Part shown: positions 43,566 to 53,511 of the stretch, one piece after another
Layout: the number at the start of each line of letters is the position of its first letter
How positions within the stretch are numbered: position 1 is the first letter of the stretch
From: Acidobacteriota bacterium
GTDB lineage: Bacteria; Acidobacteriota; UBA890; WLXD01
Length of the DNA stretch: 64,000 nucleotides
Reading direction: 5' to 3'
Assembly (NCBI GenBank): GCA_965248695.1
Contig: CBDFKD010000002.1
Span: 2,240,001 to 2,304,000 of the forward strand
Notes under the pieces: generated by a model
What the model was told of the DNA's origin: nothing
The model's input: the letters and a program-made list of their open reading frames with translations, nothing else
The model's database searches: none
Position numbers and translations under genes: made by a program

Positions 43566-43815
43566 AAGACGCTGACGGCCGTGGCTCGCCGCCGAATTCG
43601 TGCCGATTGACCGGCCGTAGCGGAGCGAGCTGCGCCACGCCGCGGCCGAGGGCCGATGGTGCCACGCGGGCCGGACGGCCATCAAGCGATCGAACGCGTT
43701 CCAATCGCTGCCGGGCTCCGCGTCGCCGGACGGCTCGTCGGAGCAGGTCGCAGCCGGCGCGGTAGATCCCGGTGACGTAGGCCGTCGACCCGCACGAGCG
43801 CCGCTCGCGGCTGGG

Positions 43816-44040
43816 GAGAGAGTCAGGCGGTGCACCCAGACTGGAGCGAACCCGTCTCGGCCGATTTTCCCTGTTAAACAGGGAATGAACAGGGAAAATG
43901 CGCCGATTGGGGCTCGAATCGGCGAAGATCGGGTCCCCTAACCCCCGGATATTATGGGGCTTAGGGTCCGAATTCCCTACGCTCAGGAACAGGGAACTTG
44001 TGCGACCGGAACAGGGATTTTTAGGGGCCGAACAGGGAAA
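43816..44040. repeat. AACAGGGAA repeat array at the end of the serine recombinase element
   Basis: Copies at 43877, 43888, 43988, 44010 (GAT variant), 44031; inverted TTCCCTGTT at 43867; central inverted repeat 43936-43966. Confidence 0.8.
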
Positions 44041-44082
44041 TCTGCACGCGCAAACAGGCAACGACATCGGTAGCCAACACGG

Positions 44083-45816
44083 CTAAGCGAACCCCAGAAG
44101 CTGCCGCTGGGCGGTCCATTGCAGGGGCAGTCGCGTGTCACGCATGAGCTTGTTGGCGGTCAACTCGGGCGGCTGGAGACCGTCGAGGATGACCGCAACG
44201 ATGTCCGGTGCCAGAAAGCTCAACCGCAGCAGCCGAGTGGCGTAGGAGGGCACGATGCCCTCAGCCTCGGCGATCTTCTGGATGCTGAGGTCGGGGTTGG
44301 AATCCAGTCGATCACGGATCCCGAAGGCGCGCACCAGCAGCCGGACCAGGCTGGGGTCTGGTTTGGCCTCCTTGCCGGAGCCGGGGACGATCAGCCGCAC
44401 GGCCGTGCCGGTGCGCTTGAGCACGGCGGGAACCTCCAGGACGATGGTCTCGGGGGTGCGGGTTGATCGGGGCACCGGCGGCCGGGGATGGGGCTGCGAG
44501 CACACCATCTCGGTAACCTGGTCCGCAGCGATCTCCACCTGGATGCAGCCGGACCGGATGATGACCCGGCGCAGGAGACTCTTCAGATACGCCCTGGCTT
44601 GCTCCGGCTGCAGGCTCGGCCACCGTTCGGCGAGCCGCTGGGCGCCGGCAACCAACGCCGCCTGTCCTTCGGCATCCGGATCTTCCTCATCTATCACTGC
44701 GCTTACGGCGGCCGGCTCGGTGAGCCATTGCCGTAGGCGGGTGGTGACGAGAGCCTCCAGATCCGCCGCTGGGATGCGCCACCCCTTGCGGTCGGGTCTC
44801 TTTCCCCCGAGGATCAGGTGGCGGGAGACATAGTAGCGGTAGCGCCGGTTGTTCTTGAGCGCATGGGTGGGCGTGAGGCGTTCGCCGCACTCATCCTCCA
44901 GCAGGCCCGTCAGCAAGCTGGGGTGCCGAGGCCCTCGGCGGCGGGGGCCCCGGGTGTTTTGGGCCAGGATCGCCTGCACCGCATCCCAGAGCTCTTCATC
45001 GATGATCGCTTCGTGCTGGCCGGGATAGGCTGTGTCCTTGTGAACGATCTGTCCTCGGTAGATGCGGTTACGCAGCAGGTAGTACAGCGCTCCCCGGTTG
45101 ATCGGCTTGCCGCCGGTGAGGGTGCCGTTACGCAGCACCCGGCGCTTGCTGGTGACGCCCGCGGTTACAAGCCGCGTACGTAGAGCGCGCACCGATCGGA
45201 GCTGACGGTACTGGCGAAAGATATAGCGGACGGTTTCCGCCTCCTTTTTGTTAACAACCAGCTTCCGGTCCCGCACGTCGTAGCCCAGGGGCGGGCGGCC
45301 GCCCATCCACAGCCCCTTTTTCTTGGAGGCGGCGATCTTGTCGCGGATGCGCTCCCCAGTGAGTTCACGCTCAAACTGGGCAAACGACAACAGCACGTTG
45401 AGCGTCAGGCGCCCCATCGAGCTGGTGGTGTTGAACTGTTGGGTCACCGACACGAACGACACCCCGTGCCGCTCGAGGATCTCTACAATCCGGGCGAAAT
45501 CCGACAGGGCCCGGCTCAGCCGGTCCACCTTGTACACCACGAGCAGGTCGATGCGGCCGCCTTGGACATCGGCCAGCAGACGCTGCAGCGCTGGCCGATC
45601 CATCGTGGCGCCTGAGACGCCACCGTCGTCGTACCTGTCCGGCAGGCAGCGCCAGCCTTCGTGCTTGTGGCTTCCGATATAGGCCTCGCAGGCCTCACGT
45701 TGAGCGTGCAGGGAGTTGAAGGCTTGATCTAGTCCTCGCTCGTGGGACTTGCGGGTGTAGATACCGCAGCGCAGGTGCCCGTTGCCGTTGCGGCAGGCAG
45801 GAGCCGTTTCGTTCAC
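44083..45816 (-). CDS. Large serine recombinase
   Basis: CGIYTRKS, YDDGGVSG, YKVDRLSR, PLGYD, NRIYRG; GTGA overlap with DUF2924 gene. Confidence 0.95.
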   Translation of the reverse strand: MNETAPACRNGNGHLRCGIYTRKSHERGLDQAFNSLHAQREACEAYIGSHKHEGWRCLPDRYDDGGVSGATMDRPALQRLLADVQGGRIDLLVVYKVDRLSRALSDFARIVEILERHGVSFVSVTQQFNTTSSMGRLTLNVLLSFAQFERELTGERIRDKIAASKKKGLWMGGRPPLGYDVRDRKLVVNKKEAETVRYIFRQYRQLRSVRALRTRLVTAGVTSKRRVLRNGTLTGGKPINRGALYYLLRNRIYRGQIVHKDTAYPGQHEAIIDEELWDAVQAILAQNTRGPRRRGPRHPSLLTGLLEDECGERLTPTHALKNNRRYRYYVSRHLILGGKRPDRKGWRIPAADLEALVTTRLRQWLTEPAAVSAVIDEEDPDAEGQAALVAGAQRLAERWPSLQPEQARAYLKSLLRRVIIRSGCIQVEIAADQVTEMVCSQPHPRPPVPRSTRTPETIVLEVPAVLKRTGTAVRLIVPGSGKEAKPDPSLVRLLVRAFGIRDRLDSNPDLSIQKIAEAEGIVPSYATRLLRLSFLAPDIVAVILDGLQPPELTANKLMRDTRLPLQWTAQRQLLGFA

Positions 45817-46301
45817 GATGAGCGTTTGGAGGCCTTCTGAATGCCGAAGAAGCGAGGGCCGGAGCAATGGGCGCCGGTGATGCGCCGGGCGATGCTGCTC
45901 AAGGAGCCATACAGCTCACCGGCGTACTCGAAGCCGCTCTCGGTCACGGTGACCAGGTAGGTTTCGCCTCGCCATTGCCGCACCAATCGTGCGCCCGGGC
46001 GCAGCCGTGGGCCCGTTGAGGGCGCCACACGGCCGGTCTGGGCGAAGGCCTTGGCCAACGTCCGCAGCCGACGCTGGGTGGATTTGCTCAAACCACCATG
46101 AACGTGTTCCTGCAGCTTGTAGGCGAGGCCCCGGATCAACAGGTCGCGGCTGATACGGGGCGGGGGTGCCCCGTAAAGACGCCGCCACTCATCACGCAGC
46201 GTGGGCAGATCCAGCGTATCGAGCGCCACGAGCCGCTCCTGCAAAACGGTCTCATCGGCTCTGTGCGAGGCGGCCGTACCGGGTTGGCTGTTCGCGCACA
46301 T
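45813..46301 (-). CDS. DUF2924 domain protein
   Basis: LRDEWRRLYG, AYKLQE, PGARLVRQWRG, SLSSIARRITGAHCSGPRFFG. Confidence 0.9.
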   Translation of the reverse strand: MCANSQPGTAASHRADETVLQERLVALDTLDLPTLRDEWRRLYGAPPPRISRDLLIRGLAYKLQEHVHGGLSKSTQRRLRTLAKAFAQTGRVAPSTGPRLRPGARLVRQWRGETYLVTVTESGFEYAGELYGSLSSIARRITGAHCSGPRFFGIQKASKRSS

Positions 46302-46448
46302 ATGGACTCCATTGGATCGCTTCCCGGGGGGCAACCCCCGGTGTCCAAAGTGACGCTCGCTTGCCCGCACAAGTCCAGTCCAAAACCTCTTCGCATTGTT
46401 GTTGCTTATAATGTTGCTATTACTGTTGCGTTAGGGCAAGGTGCTCCC

Positions 46449-46964
46449 ATGGTTGATGCTGCAGCAATTCTGCTAGTTGTGCGAGACGCTGCGCGGCTTC
46501 GGCCCCTGATCGCTGAGCTGATCGCACAACGCGATCAGTTACGCGCCGCCGCACACGCTGTCGAAGCGCAGATCCAGAGCTTGGCCGTTGCCACAAGCAA
46601 CTTGGCTCAGCTTGAACAACTTGCCGCCAAGGTTCCGCAGCAGCTTGCCGCCCACAGCTCCAGCGGCAAGGACCTCTCTACTGCAGAGGCCATCTGTCTC
46701 ACGATGATGTGTGAGCCGGAGCGCACATGGCGCACCGGCGAGATCCAAGAGCGGATCGATGCCGCTGGCTGCGAGTTTGGAGATTCAAGCGTCCGATCTA
46801 CGCTGTCGCGCTTCGCGAGCGGCTGTGTTGAGCGTATAGCTCGCGGCGCGTATCGACTGACCCCGGAAGGCATTGAACGTGGGGTCCAGCTTGCACTCCG
46901 GCAGATGGACGACGACGGCGACTCGATGCAGACCAACCCAAGCCGGCAAGAGTCGAATGGTTGA
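46449..46964 (+). CDS. Coiled-coil + winged-HTH hypothetical protein
   Basis: Heptad N-terminus; SVRSTLSR...VERIARGAYRL wing; overlaps methyltransferase start. Confidence 0.6.
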   Translation: MVDAAAILLVVRDAARLRPLIAELIAQRDQLRAAAHAVEAQIQSLAVATSNLAQLEQLAAKVPQQLAAHSSSGKDLSTAEAICLTMMCEPERTWRTGEIQERIDAAGCEFGDSSVRSTLSRFASGCVERIARGAYRLTPEGIERGVQLALRQMDDDGDSMQTNPSRQESNG

Positions 46965-48291
46965 AACTCAAGTCTCCCAAGTTAATCGCGACCGTGACCC
47001 CGACCGACCGTCGATCGTGTATCAGGCAACATCGGCCCTCCAGCCCGCCGCGCGCAACCCCCGCACCCATAGCCAACAGCAAATCCGGCAGATCGCCGAG
47101 AGTATCTGCGCGTTCGGCTTCACCAATCCGATCCTGGTCGATGAGCAGGGCGAGGTGATGGCCGGGCACGGACGGCTCGAGGCGGCGAAGTTACTCGGAC
47201 TCCGCCAGGTTCCCACCATCTGCATGGGCGATCTGACCGCAGCGCAGAAGCGAGCTTACGTGATCGCGGACAACCGACTGGCGGAGCTCGCCGGCTGGGA
47301 CGAGGAGCTGCTGGCGATCGAGCTGCAATCGCTTACAACGATCGACCTGGACTTCGATATCGAGATCGTCGGTTTCCAGACCGCCGAGATCGACACGCTC
47401 ATCGCTGGGCTCGACGATGCCGGCAGCAACGACGAGGCTGACCGGTTGCCCGAGATCGACGAGGCGACGCCGCCGATCACCAAGCCGGGCGATCTGTGGC
47501 TGCTCGGCCGCCATCGCCTGTTGTGCGCGGATGCAACCCAGACGGACTCCTATCGCCGCCTCATGGATGGCGAGACGGCCCAGATGGTATTCACCGACCC
47601 GCCCTACAACGTGCCCATCGATGGCCACGCCTGCGGCGTCGGTGCGGTGAAGCACGCCGAGTTCGCCATGGCCGCGGGCGAGATGTCGGAAGCGGAGTTC
47701 ACCACCTTCCTTACGACCGTGCTGGCCCAGATGGCCTCGCACAGCAGCCACAGCGCCATCCACTTCGTCTGCATGGACTGGCGTCACCTGTTGGAGCTGT
47801 TGATGGCAGGCCGCACGGTCTACGAGGAGCTAAAGAACCTCTGCGTTTGGAACAAGACCAACGGTGGCATGGGATCGCTATACCGCTCCAAGCACGAGCT
47901 GGTGGCTGTGTTCAAGGCCGGCCACGGGCCGCACATCAACAACGTCAAGTTGGGGGTGCACGGCCGCTACCGCACCAATGTCTGGGACTATTGTGGCGTC
48001 AACGCCTTGGGTGCAGACCGCGACGCAGAGCTGGCCATGCACCCTACGGTCAAGCCGGTGGCGCTGGTCCAAGACGCGATCCTGGACTGCTCCCGACGCG
48101 GCGGCATCGTGCTGGACGCCTTCTCAGGCTCGGGCACCACTCTCATTGCAGCACAGCGGTCGGGTCGACGTGGCTTCGGCCTGGAACTGGAGCCTAAATA
48201 CGTTGACGTGACCCTCAAGCGGTACCGGGATTTCACCGGCCAGGAGCCGGTGCACGAAAAAAGCGGGTTGACGTTGGCCCAGCTGCAATAG
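46957..48291 (+). CDS. ParB-like domain + N6/N4 DNA methyltransferase (prophage type)
   Basis: NPRTH, FGFTNPILVD, AGHGR, ADNRL; DPPYN, HPTVKP, DAFSGSGTT. Confidence 0.95.
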   Translation: MVETQVSQVNRDRDPDRPSIVYQATSALQPAARNPRTHSQQQIRQIAESICAFGFTNPILVDEQGEVMAGHGRLEAAKLLGLRQVPTICMGDLTAAQKRAYVIADNRLAELAGWDEELLAIELQSLTTIDLDFDIEIVGFQTAEIDTLIAGLDDAGSNDEADRLPEIDEATPPITKPGDLWLLGRHRLLCADATQTDSYRRLMDGETAQMVFTDPPYNVPIDGHACGVGAVKHAEFAMAAGEMSEAEFTTFLTTVLAQMASHSSHSAIHFVCMDWRHLLELLMAGRTVYEELKNLCVWNKTNGGMGSLYRSKHELVAVFKAGHGPHINNVKLGVHGRYRTNVWDYCGVNALGADRDAELAMHPTVKPVALVQDAILDCSRRGGIVLDAFSGSGTTLIAAQRSGRRGFGLELEPKYVDVTLKRYRDFTGQEPVHEKSGLTLAQLQ

Positions 48292-48301
48292 AAGCCTCAG
48301 A

Positions 48302-48724
48302 ATGTCAAACGATTACACGGTTGGCTACGGCAAACCGCCCGAGCACACCAGGTTCCAGAAAGGTCGATCGGGCAACCCGGCGGGCCGGCCCAAAGGACGA
48401 AGAAACAAGGGCTCGGTGGTCAGGGAGGTCATCGAGCGTAAAGTGACCATCCGTGAAAACGGCAAAGCACGGAAAGTGCCCGTGTTCGAGGCACTTGTGG
48501 AGAGCATGGTTGCTAAGGCGCTCAAAGGCTCGTTCAACGAGCAGATCAAGCTAATCTAGCTGATCGAAAAACACCTGCCCGACAAGCTCAGGGACATCCA
48601 AGGCGAAGAGGGTCCGATCATCACCCGGATCGAACGGGTGATCGTGAACCCCAAGGTCGACGACGACGTGGACCTAGAGGCCCCGGATGGCTTGGTGCCC
48701 GAGGCTCAGGAGGATGCCGCGTGA
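48302..48724 (+). pseudogene. DUF5681 / terminase small subunit-like protein with in-frame TAG at 48557-48559
   Basis: VGYGKPP..TRFQKGRSGNPAGRPKG; frame continues past TAG through ITRIERVIV to TGA at 48724. Confidence 0.8.
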
Positions 48725-48825
48725 GGGCACGCTTCGGCTCAAGATACCGCGCGTGGTTGGACCGCTGCTGCAACAGCAGGCACGGTACCGAGGCGACTAC
48801 GGCGGGAGGGAATCGGATAGGAGTC
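48714..48825 (+). pseudogene. Degenerate N-terminus of a PBSX-type terminase large subunit
   Basis: TLRLKIPRVVGPLLQQQARYRGDYGGRESDRS resembles PLL..ARYKG.YGGRGSGKS. Confidence 0.6.
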
Positions 48826-49263
48826 ATGCGCGCGTTGATCGACTTTTCGGTACGGCGACCCATCGCGGTGGGCATGCTGTACTGCGGCCTTGCTCTTCTC
48901 GCGTGGGCCGCTTGGTCGGATCTGCCCGTCGACGTTGTTCCGGAGGGCGAGTTCCCCGAGGTCATTATCTCGACGAGTTGGCCAGGTGCATCACCAGAGT
49001 CGATCCAGAGCTTGATCACGAGCCCGATCGAGTCGGTCTCGGTTACGGTGCCCGGCGTTCACAAGGTGACGTCGACTTCGCAGCGTGGCACGTCGAACGT
49101 CACGCTCCAGTTCATCGAGAGCGCCAACCTCGACCTGGCGCGCTTCGAGCTGGCGGATCGGCTCTCACTGCTGCACGACGAGCTGCCGCCTGGCATCCTG
49201 CCGCCGACGCTACGGGCCAACCTTCCGCGCCACGCTTCCGCGTGGAGACCCTGCGTGCCGTGA
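48826..49263 (+). pseudogene. N-terminal fragment of an AcrB/RND efflux permease
   Basis: FSVRRPIAV, LPVD..P, WPGASPE.I...IT.PIE; truncated. Confidence 0.85.
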
Positions 49264-49344
49264 CGGATCGGAGCCACGCTTTGATCTCACGTTCGTCGAG
49301 ATGCTATAGTCTCATTCAAATCAATACCGTCTCAGCTCGGATCG

Positions 49345-49505
49345 ATGCCACTCATCCGACCCACGCTCCTTTGCGCCCTCGTGGCCTCCAGCGTCGCCAC
49401 GGTTGCCCTGGCCCTCCAGATCACGGGGAAGGACGTGGCGTTGCTGGCAACCTTCGTCCACTTTGAATCGCCTCACGTTCACCCGCTCGACCTGAGCCCC
49501 GACGC
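49345..49505 (+). pseudogene. N-terminal fragment of a secreted beta-propeller (YncE-like) protein
   Basis: Signal peptide then FVHFESPHVHPLDLSPD; truncated. Confidence 0.55.
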
Positions 49506-49712
49506 CCACTTGGCCTGCGAAGCGAAGTTGTCCGTATCCATGGACATGCTGGCGTTGCGCTCAAGGTAGGCGCGCACGTCACTCTCGCGATATCGCATCT
49601 GTCCTCGAACGCGAACGAACGGGAGCCTCCCCTCTTTACGCTCGCGTCGGATCGTCCGCGGCGAGACCTGAAAAAACTCTGCGAGCGTCTCCGTGGTGTA
49701 GAGCTTCTGCAC
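49479..49712 (-). CDS. Excisionase-like HTH protein
   Basis: LYTTETLAEFFQVSPRTIRR..KEGRLPFVRVRGQMRYRESDV. Confidence 0.75.
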   Translation of the reverse strand: MQKLYTTETLAEFFQVSPRTIRRERKEGRLPFVRVRGQMRYRESDVRAYLERNASMSMDTDNFASQAKWASGLRSSG

Positions 49713-50017
49713 GATTGCGTATTCCCGTGTTTTTGTGTTCACATCGGTGGCGTCAAACACAACTCGACTCCCCGGTACCAGCGACGGCAGGCTGACGGCT
49801 AGCGCCCGACCACGGAGTACGTTGCGTCGGTTTGACCTCCAAAATCCGGTGGGGCTATCGACGGCAGGGTGGTTGCATGCCACTTTGCTCCTGTCGAGAG
49901 ACAACATAACACTGACGATATCTGGCACAAATATAAAAAAGCTTTAGAACACAGATAAATAGATATTTTAATGGCAACTATCCCGTCGATGTATAAGGAG
50001 GGTGTGAGATGAAGGGG

Positions 50018-50884
50018 TCAGGAAAGGGCGGGGTTCCGGGGCGGGCCGCAGACCTTCCAGGGGAACTCGGGAAGACGCATGCAGGCGTCGATGATCCCAT
50101 CGACGTAATGATGAAACTGAAAGAGCAGTGGGAGCATCGGTACGTTCCTGATGAGGCCAGCTTGCTCGATGGCTACCTCCAGGGTCATCTTGCCGTGCAC
50201 GTCCACTTTCGTGCCCAGAAGGGAGTCGGGCAGGGTCAATCGTCCGAGTTCTGCGCCGTCTTTAAACAACACGCGGGGTCGGAAAACAGCGGTGGTCGAG
50301 CTTCGGGCGCCTCGCACCTCCACCCGGTATGCGGCGACGCCCCGGACCGTCAAGTTCAAGAGCCGGTGCTTATCGGCGTTGTTCAGTTCGTTGATCATCC
50401 ACAAGGGATCCTCGTGGTAGGAGGCCCCTCGTTTCAGCGGTTGCAGGTTGTCGATGATTGCCTCGGCGGCGGCAGAGACGCCCTTTATCATTCCGGGTTT
50501 CTGGGATTCGTAATTGGCAAGCGGGTCGGGATTCCCCTTGTTCCCGGTGGCGACAATCGGGAATTGGGTCTTGCACGTCGGTTCCTTCTTCGTGTTAGCG
50601 ACCACCAACTGGTAGACGAGGTGATCGAGTGCGGACCGGAGTTGGAAGACGACCTCTCCCACCAAGACGCTCAGTTGGGGTGGGATTTTGGGCGGGATTC
50701 CCGATATGTAGAAGACCATCCTCTCAACGGCCTTGCTAGACTCGTAGTGTCGGATTCGACGAACTTGGATGGACTCCGGGTCAACATCGACCATTCCGGC
50801 GGCGAGTTCATCGTTGATCTGGTCGATGTGCTGCATGGCCCGATCAACCTTCGTGAGACAGCCATCCATGGTCGGCTCACTCAT
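50018..50884 (-). CDS. Passenger protein, HEPN-like
   Basis: QLRSALDHLVYQL, QFPI, LWMINELNNADKHR. Confidence 0.7.
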   Translation of the reverse strand: MSEPTMDGCLTKVDRAMQHIDQINDELAAGMVDVDPESIQVRRIRHYESSKAVERMVFYISGIPPKIPPQLSVLVGEVVFQLRSALDHLVYQLVVANTKKEPTCKTQFPIVATGNKGNPDPLANYESQKPGMIKGVSAAAEAIIDNLQPLKRGASYHEDPLWMINELNNADKHRLLNLTVRGVAAYRVEVRGARSSTTAVFRPRVLFKDGAELGRLTLPDSLLGTKVDVHGKMTLEVAIEQAGLIRNVPMLPLLFQFHHYVDGIIDACMRLPEFPWKVCGPPRNPALS

Positions 50885-50918
50885 GAACGGTTTCTCCGAC
50901 AGCTAGAAGGTGTGCCAC

Positions 50919-51074
50919 ATGAGCGACGAGAAACAGAAGACACCGAAGGGCGCAGAGATCCCCGTACCGAAGAAGCGGGATTTCATGCGCGACCTGAAGA
51001 AGATCGCCAAGGGTGTCGACCCGAAGAAGGTCAACGGCACCGGATCAGCTACGAGCAGCAGCGCGAAGAAGTAG
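50919..51074 (+). CDS. Small basic passenger protein (51 aa)
   Basis: MSDEKQKTPKGAEIPVPKKRDFMRDLKKIAKG...; below the ORF-track cutoff. Confidence 0.55.
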   Translation: MSDEKQKTPKGAEIPVPKKRDFMRDLKKIAKGVDPKKVNGTGSATSSSAKK

Positions 51075-51977
51075 CGTCCGGAACATCGAACGTCCGTCCT
51101 TCCGGTGGTTGTACCGCCAAGCGTATTCATTCAGGTACCCCTGAAGATGCTTAGCGGACACCGAGTGGTAGACGCCACCGAGGCCGCGCTTCACGAGCGA
51201 CCAGAAGCCCTCGATGGTGTTCGTGTGGATTTGTCCGCTTACGTACACGCGCTCCGAGTGGCGAATCCGCTTGTGCTCGTACCCCGCACGGTCCAGGCCG
51301 GTGTACGCGGGCCATTCGTCCGTGAACACGGTCGACTTCGGCAACACTCGCGAGGCCACGTTCGGCAAGAGCGTCGCCTGCTTCGCGTTCGGGACGGTCA
51401 TCGCCCGAACTTCGCCGCCACGTTGGACGACGCCAAGAACGGGCGTCTTGTTGGAGTTGAAGCCCGGACGGCCACGGGTGCCGCGGCGTGTTCCGCCGAT
51501 GTACGTCTCGTCAGCTTCGACCTCGCCGGAAAGAGGCTCGGTTCCCTGTTCCATCAGCTCGGTACGGATGAGCTTCGCCATGCGCCACGCGGTCTTGTAG
51601 GTGACGCCAATCTCCCTCTCCAACTGCTTGGCAGAGATCCCGCAACGAGTGCTCGTCATCAGATAGATGGCGTAGAACCACAGATGCAGGGACGTGGACG
51701 ACTTGTGGAAGATCGTTCCTGCGGTCGGGTGGACATGCTGGCCGCAGCCGGTGCAGGTCCACGACTGGCGCTGCTGCTTGGTGTCGTAGCGCTCGAACTT
51801 GCGCGTCTGCTCGCACTTCGGGCACTCCGCGTGTTCGCCGTCGGTGGCGTAGCGGTTGAGCCAGAGCCATTCCAGGCAGGATGCGTCGTCGGGGAACTCG
51901 CGCATGAACTCCATGAGCGAGTACTGCGATTCGGACGACTTGCAGCGGATCGGATTGTTGCGGTTGGCCGGTGGCAT
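51045..51977 (-). CDS. IS1595 (ISXO2-like) transposase
   Basis: Zn ribbon CPKC/CTGC, VTYKTAW, VEADETYIG, FTDEW, HTNTIEGFW, YLNEY. Confidence 0.95.
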   Translation of the reverse strand: MPPANRNNPIRCKSSESQYSLMEFMREFPDDASCLEWLWLNRYATDGEHAECPKCEQTRKFERYDTKQQRQSWTCTGCGQHVHPTAGTIFHKSSTSLHLWFYAIYLMTSTRCGISAKQLEREIGVTYKTAWRMAKLIRTELMEQGTEPLSGEVEADETYIGGTRRGTRGRPGFNSNKTPVLGVVQRGGEVRAMTVPNAKQATLLPNVASRVLPKSTVFTDEWPAYTGLDRAGYEHKRIRHSERVYVSGQIHTNTIEGFWSLVKRGLGGVYHSVSAKHLQGYLNEYAWRYNHRKDGRSMFRTLLLRAAARS

Positions 51978-52140
51978 TGCCCTTCTCCCTGTTTCGTTAC
52001 GAGCAATATGCCATGAATCGCTTATACAGTCAAGGGATAGTTGCCATTTTAATTACTATTAGACAGTTTCCAACGCTCCAGGACGCTGTTGGCCGTACGA
52101 GGGAGCGGCATGTCCGTCGTGGTGGCCAGCGAGTGTCCAG

Positions 52141-52290
52141 CCTCATCCGCGGCAGTGGGAGTCGCGACCCACGAAGCCGGGCACGCTATTCAGCACGCGC
52201 GACACTATGCACCGCTCTGGGTGCGCTCCGCACTGGTGCCGACGGCCAATATCGGATCGAGCCTCGGGTATTTCGTGATGTTAATGGGCC
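52141..52290 (+). pseudogene. Internal fragment of a YugP-like zinc metallopeptidase
   Basis: AAVGVATHEAGHAIQHARHYAPLWVRS. Confidence 0.75.
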
Positions 52291-52312
52291 TGGGCCAACT
52301 GCGGAGGAGCGG

Positions 52313-53511
52313 ATGCGCAAGAGTCGATTCAGCCAAGAGCAGATCATCCGTGTGCTGCAGGAGGTGGAGTCGGGCAGGCAGGTTAAGGAGGTGGTGCCGG
52401 GAGCATGGGCTGTCCGAGGGGACGTACTACCGCTGGAAAGCCAAGTACGGTGGGATGGATGTCAACGAGGCACGGCGGCTCAAGGAGCTGGAGCTGGAGA
52501 ACCGACGGCTGAAGGCCGCATTGGCAGACGTCACGCTCGACAAGCAGGCCTTGAAGGAGGCGCTGCAAAGAAAATGGTGACGCCCGCGGCCCGGCGCGCG
52601 GCGGTTGAGTTTTTCCGGGATCGCCATGGGCTCAGCGAACGCAGAGCCTGCCGCCTGAGTGGCTATAGCCGCTCGTCGTTTCGACGCGCGAGTTGTCGAG
52701 ACCAGCAGGATCAGCCGCTGCGTGAGCGCCTGCTGGAGCTGGCGGCCGAGCGTCCACGCTTCGGTTACCGACGGCTGCACGTGCTGCTGAGGCGTGAAGG
52801 CTGGCAGATCAACCGCAAGCGGCTGTACCGGCAGCTGAACCTAGCGGTGCGGCGGCGCAAGAAGCGTAAACGCGTGGCGCAGGCCAATCGCCCAGCGCGC
52901 GTGGTGCCGATCGCAGCCAACGTGCAGTGGTCGATGGACTTCATGCGCGACACGCTCTCGAGTGGCCGCGTGTTGCGCACCCTGAACGTTGTCGATGACG
53001 CGACGCGGGAATGCTTGGGCATTGAGGTGGATACGTCGCTGTCGGGTCAACGCAGCGCAAGGGTGCTGGATCGCATTGCTGAGCAGCGGGGGAGCTATCC
53101 GAGCCGGCTGGTTCTGGACAACGGACCAGAATGCACGAGTAAAGCGATGGACCAGTGGGCCTACGAGCATGGCGTGCAGCTCGTCTTCATCCGGCCGGGC
53201 AGACCGATCGAGAACTGCTTGGTGGAATCGTTCAACGGCCGGTTCCGTGACGAGTGCCTCAACCTGCATTGGTTCGTCTCTGTCCGAGACGCCCGGCATC
53301 AGATCGAGGCATGGCGCCGGGACTACAATCATGTCCGACCCCACAGCTCGCTGGGCGATCTCGCTCCCAGCGAGTTCGCGGGACAGGCAGGGCTCCGGCT
53401 GACTCCGTCAGCCTCCACCCTCCCAGTCCAGACGCTTCAGCAGCGGTGAATCTCTTGCTGTTGCCTCAAAAAACTCTCACTATGCGTGGTGTCAACTTGG
53501 GGAGCAGGTCA
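52313..53511 (+). mobile_element. IS3-family element, left end missing, extra base in orfA near 52390
   Basis: OrfA MRKSRFSQEQII..YYRWKAKYGG; OrfB FGYRRL, WSMDF, DNGPE, ESFNGRFRDE; right end ...GGGGAGCAGGTCA. Confidence 0.9.

Larger units (their letters stand above)
49973..52045 (-). mobile_element. Complete IS1595-family element with passenger genes
   Basis: IRs GGCAACTATCCC-N5-TGTATAAG at both ends; 8-bp TSD ATTTTAAT at 49965-49972 and 52046-52053. Confidence 0.93.

Noticed and set aside
43810-43860. tRNA gene upstream of ffs
   Set aside because: Only loose similarity to a tRNA 3' end; no cloverleaf can be folded. Kept only as a possible att-like motif.
43867-44040. CRISPR array
   Set aside because: Repeats are only 9 bp with irregular spacing and both orientations; no cas genes in the window.
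51971-53449. 492-aa ORF as one gene
   Set aside because: A chance read-through across the IS1595 end, the peptidase fragment and frameshifted IS3 orfA/orfB.
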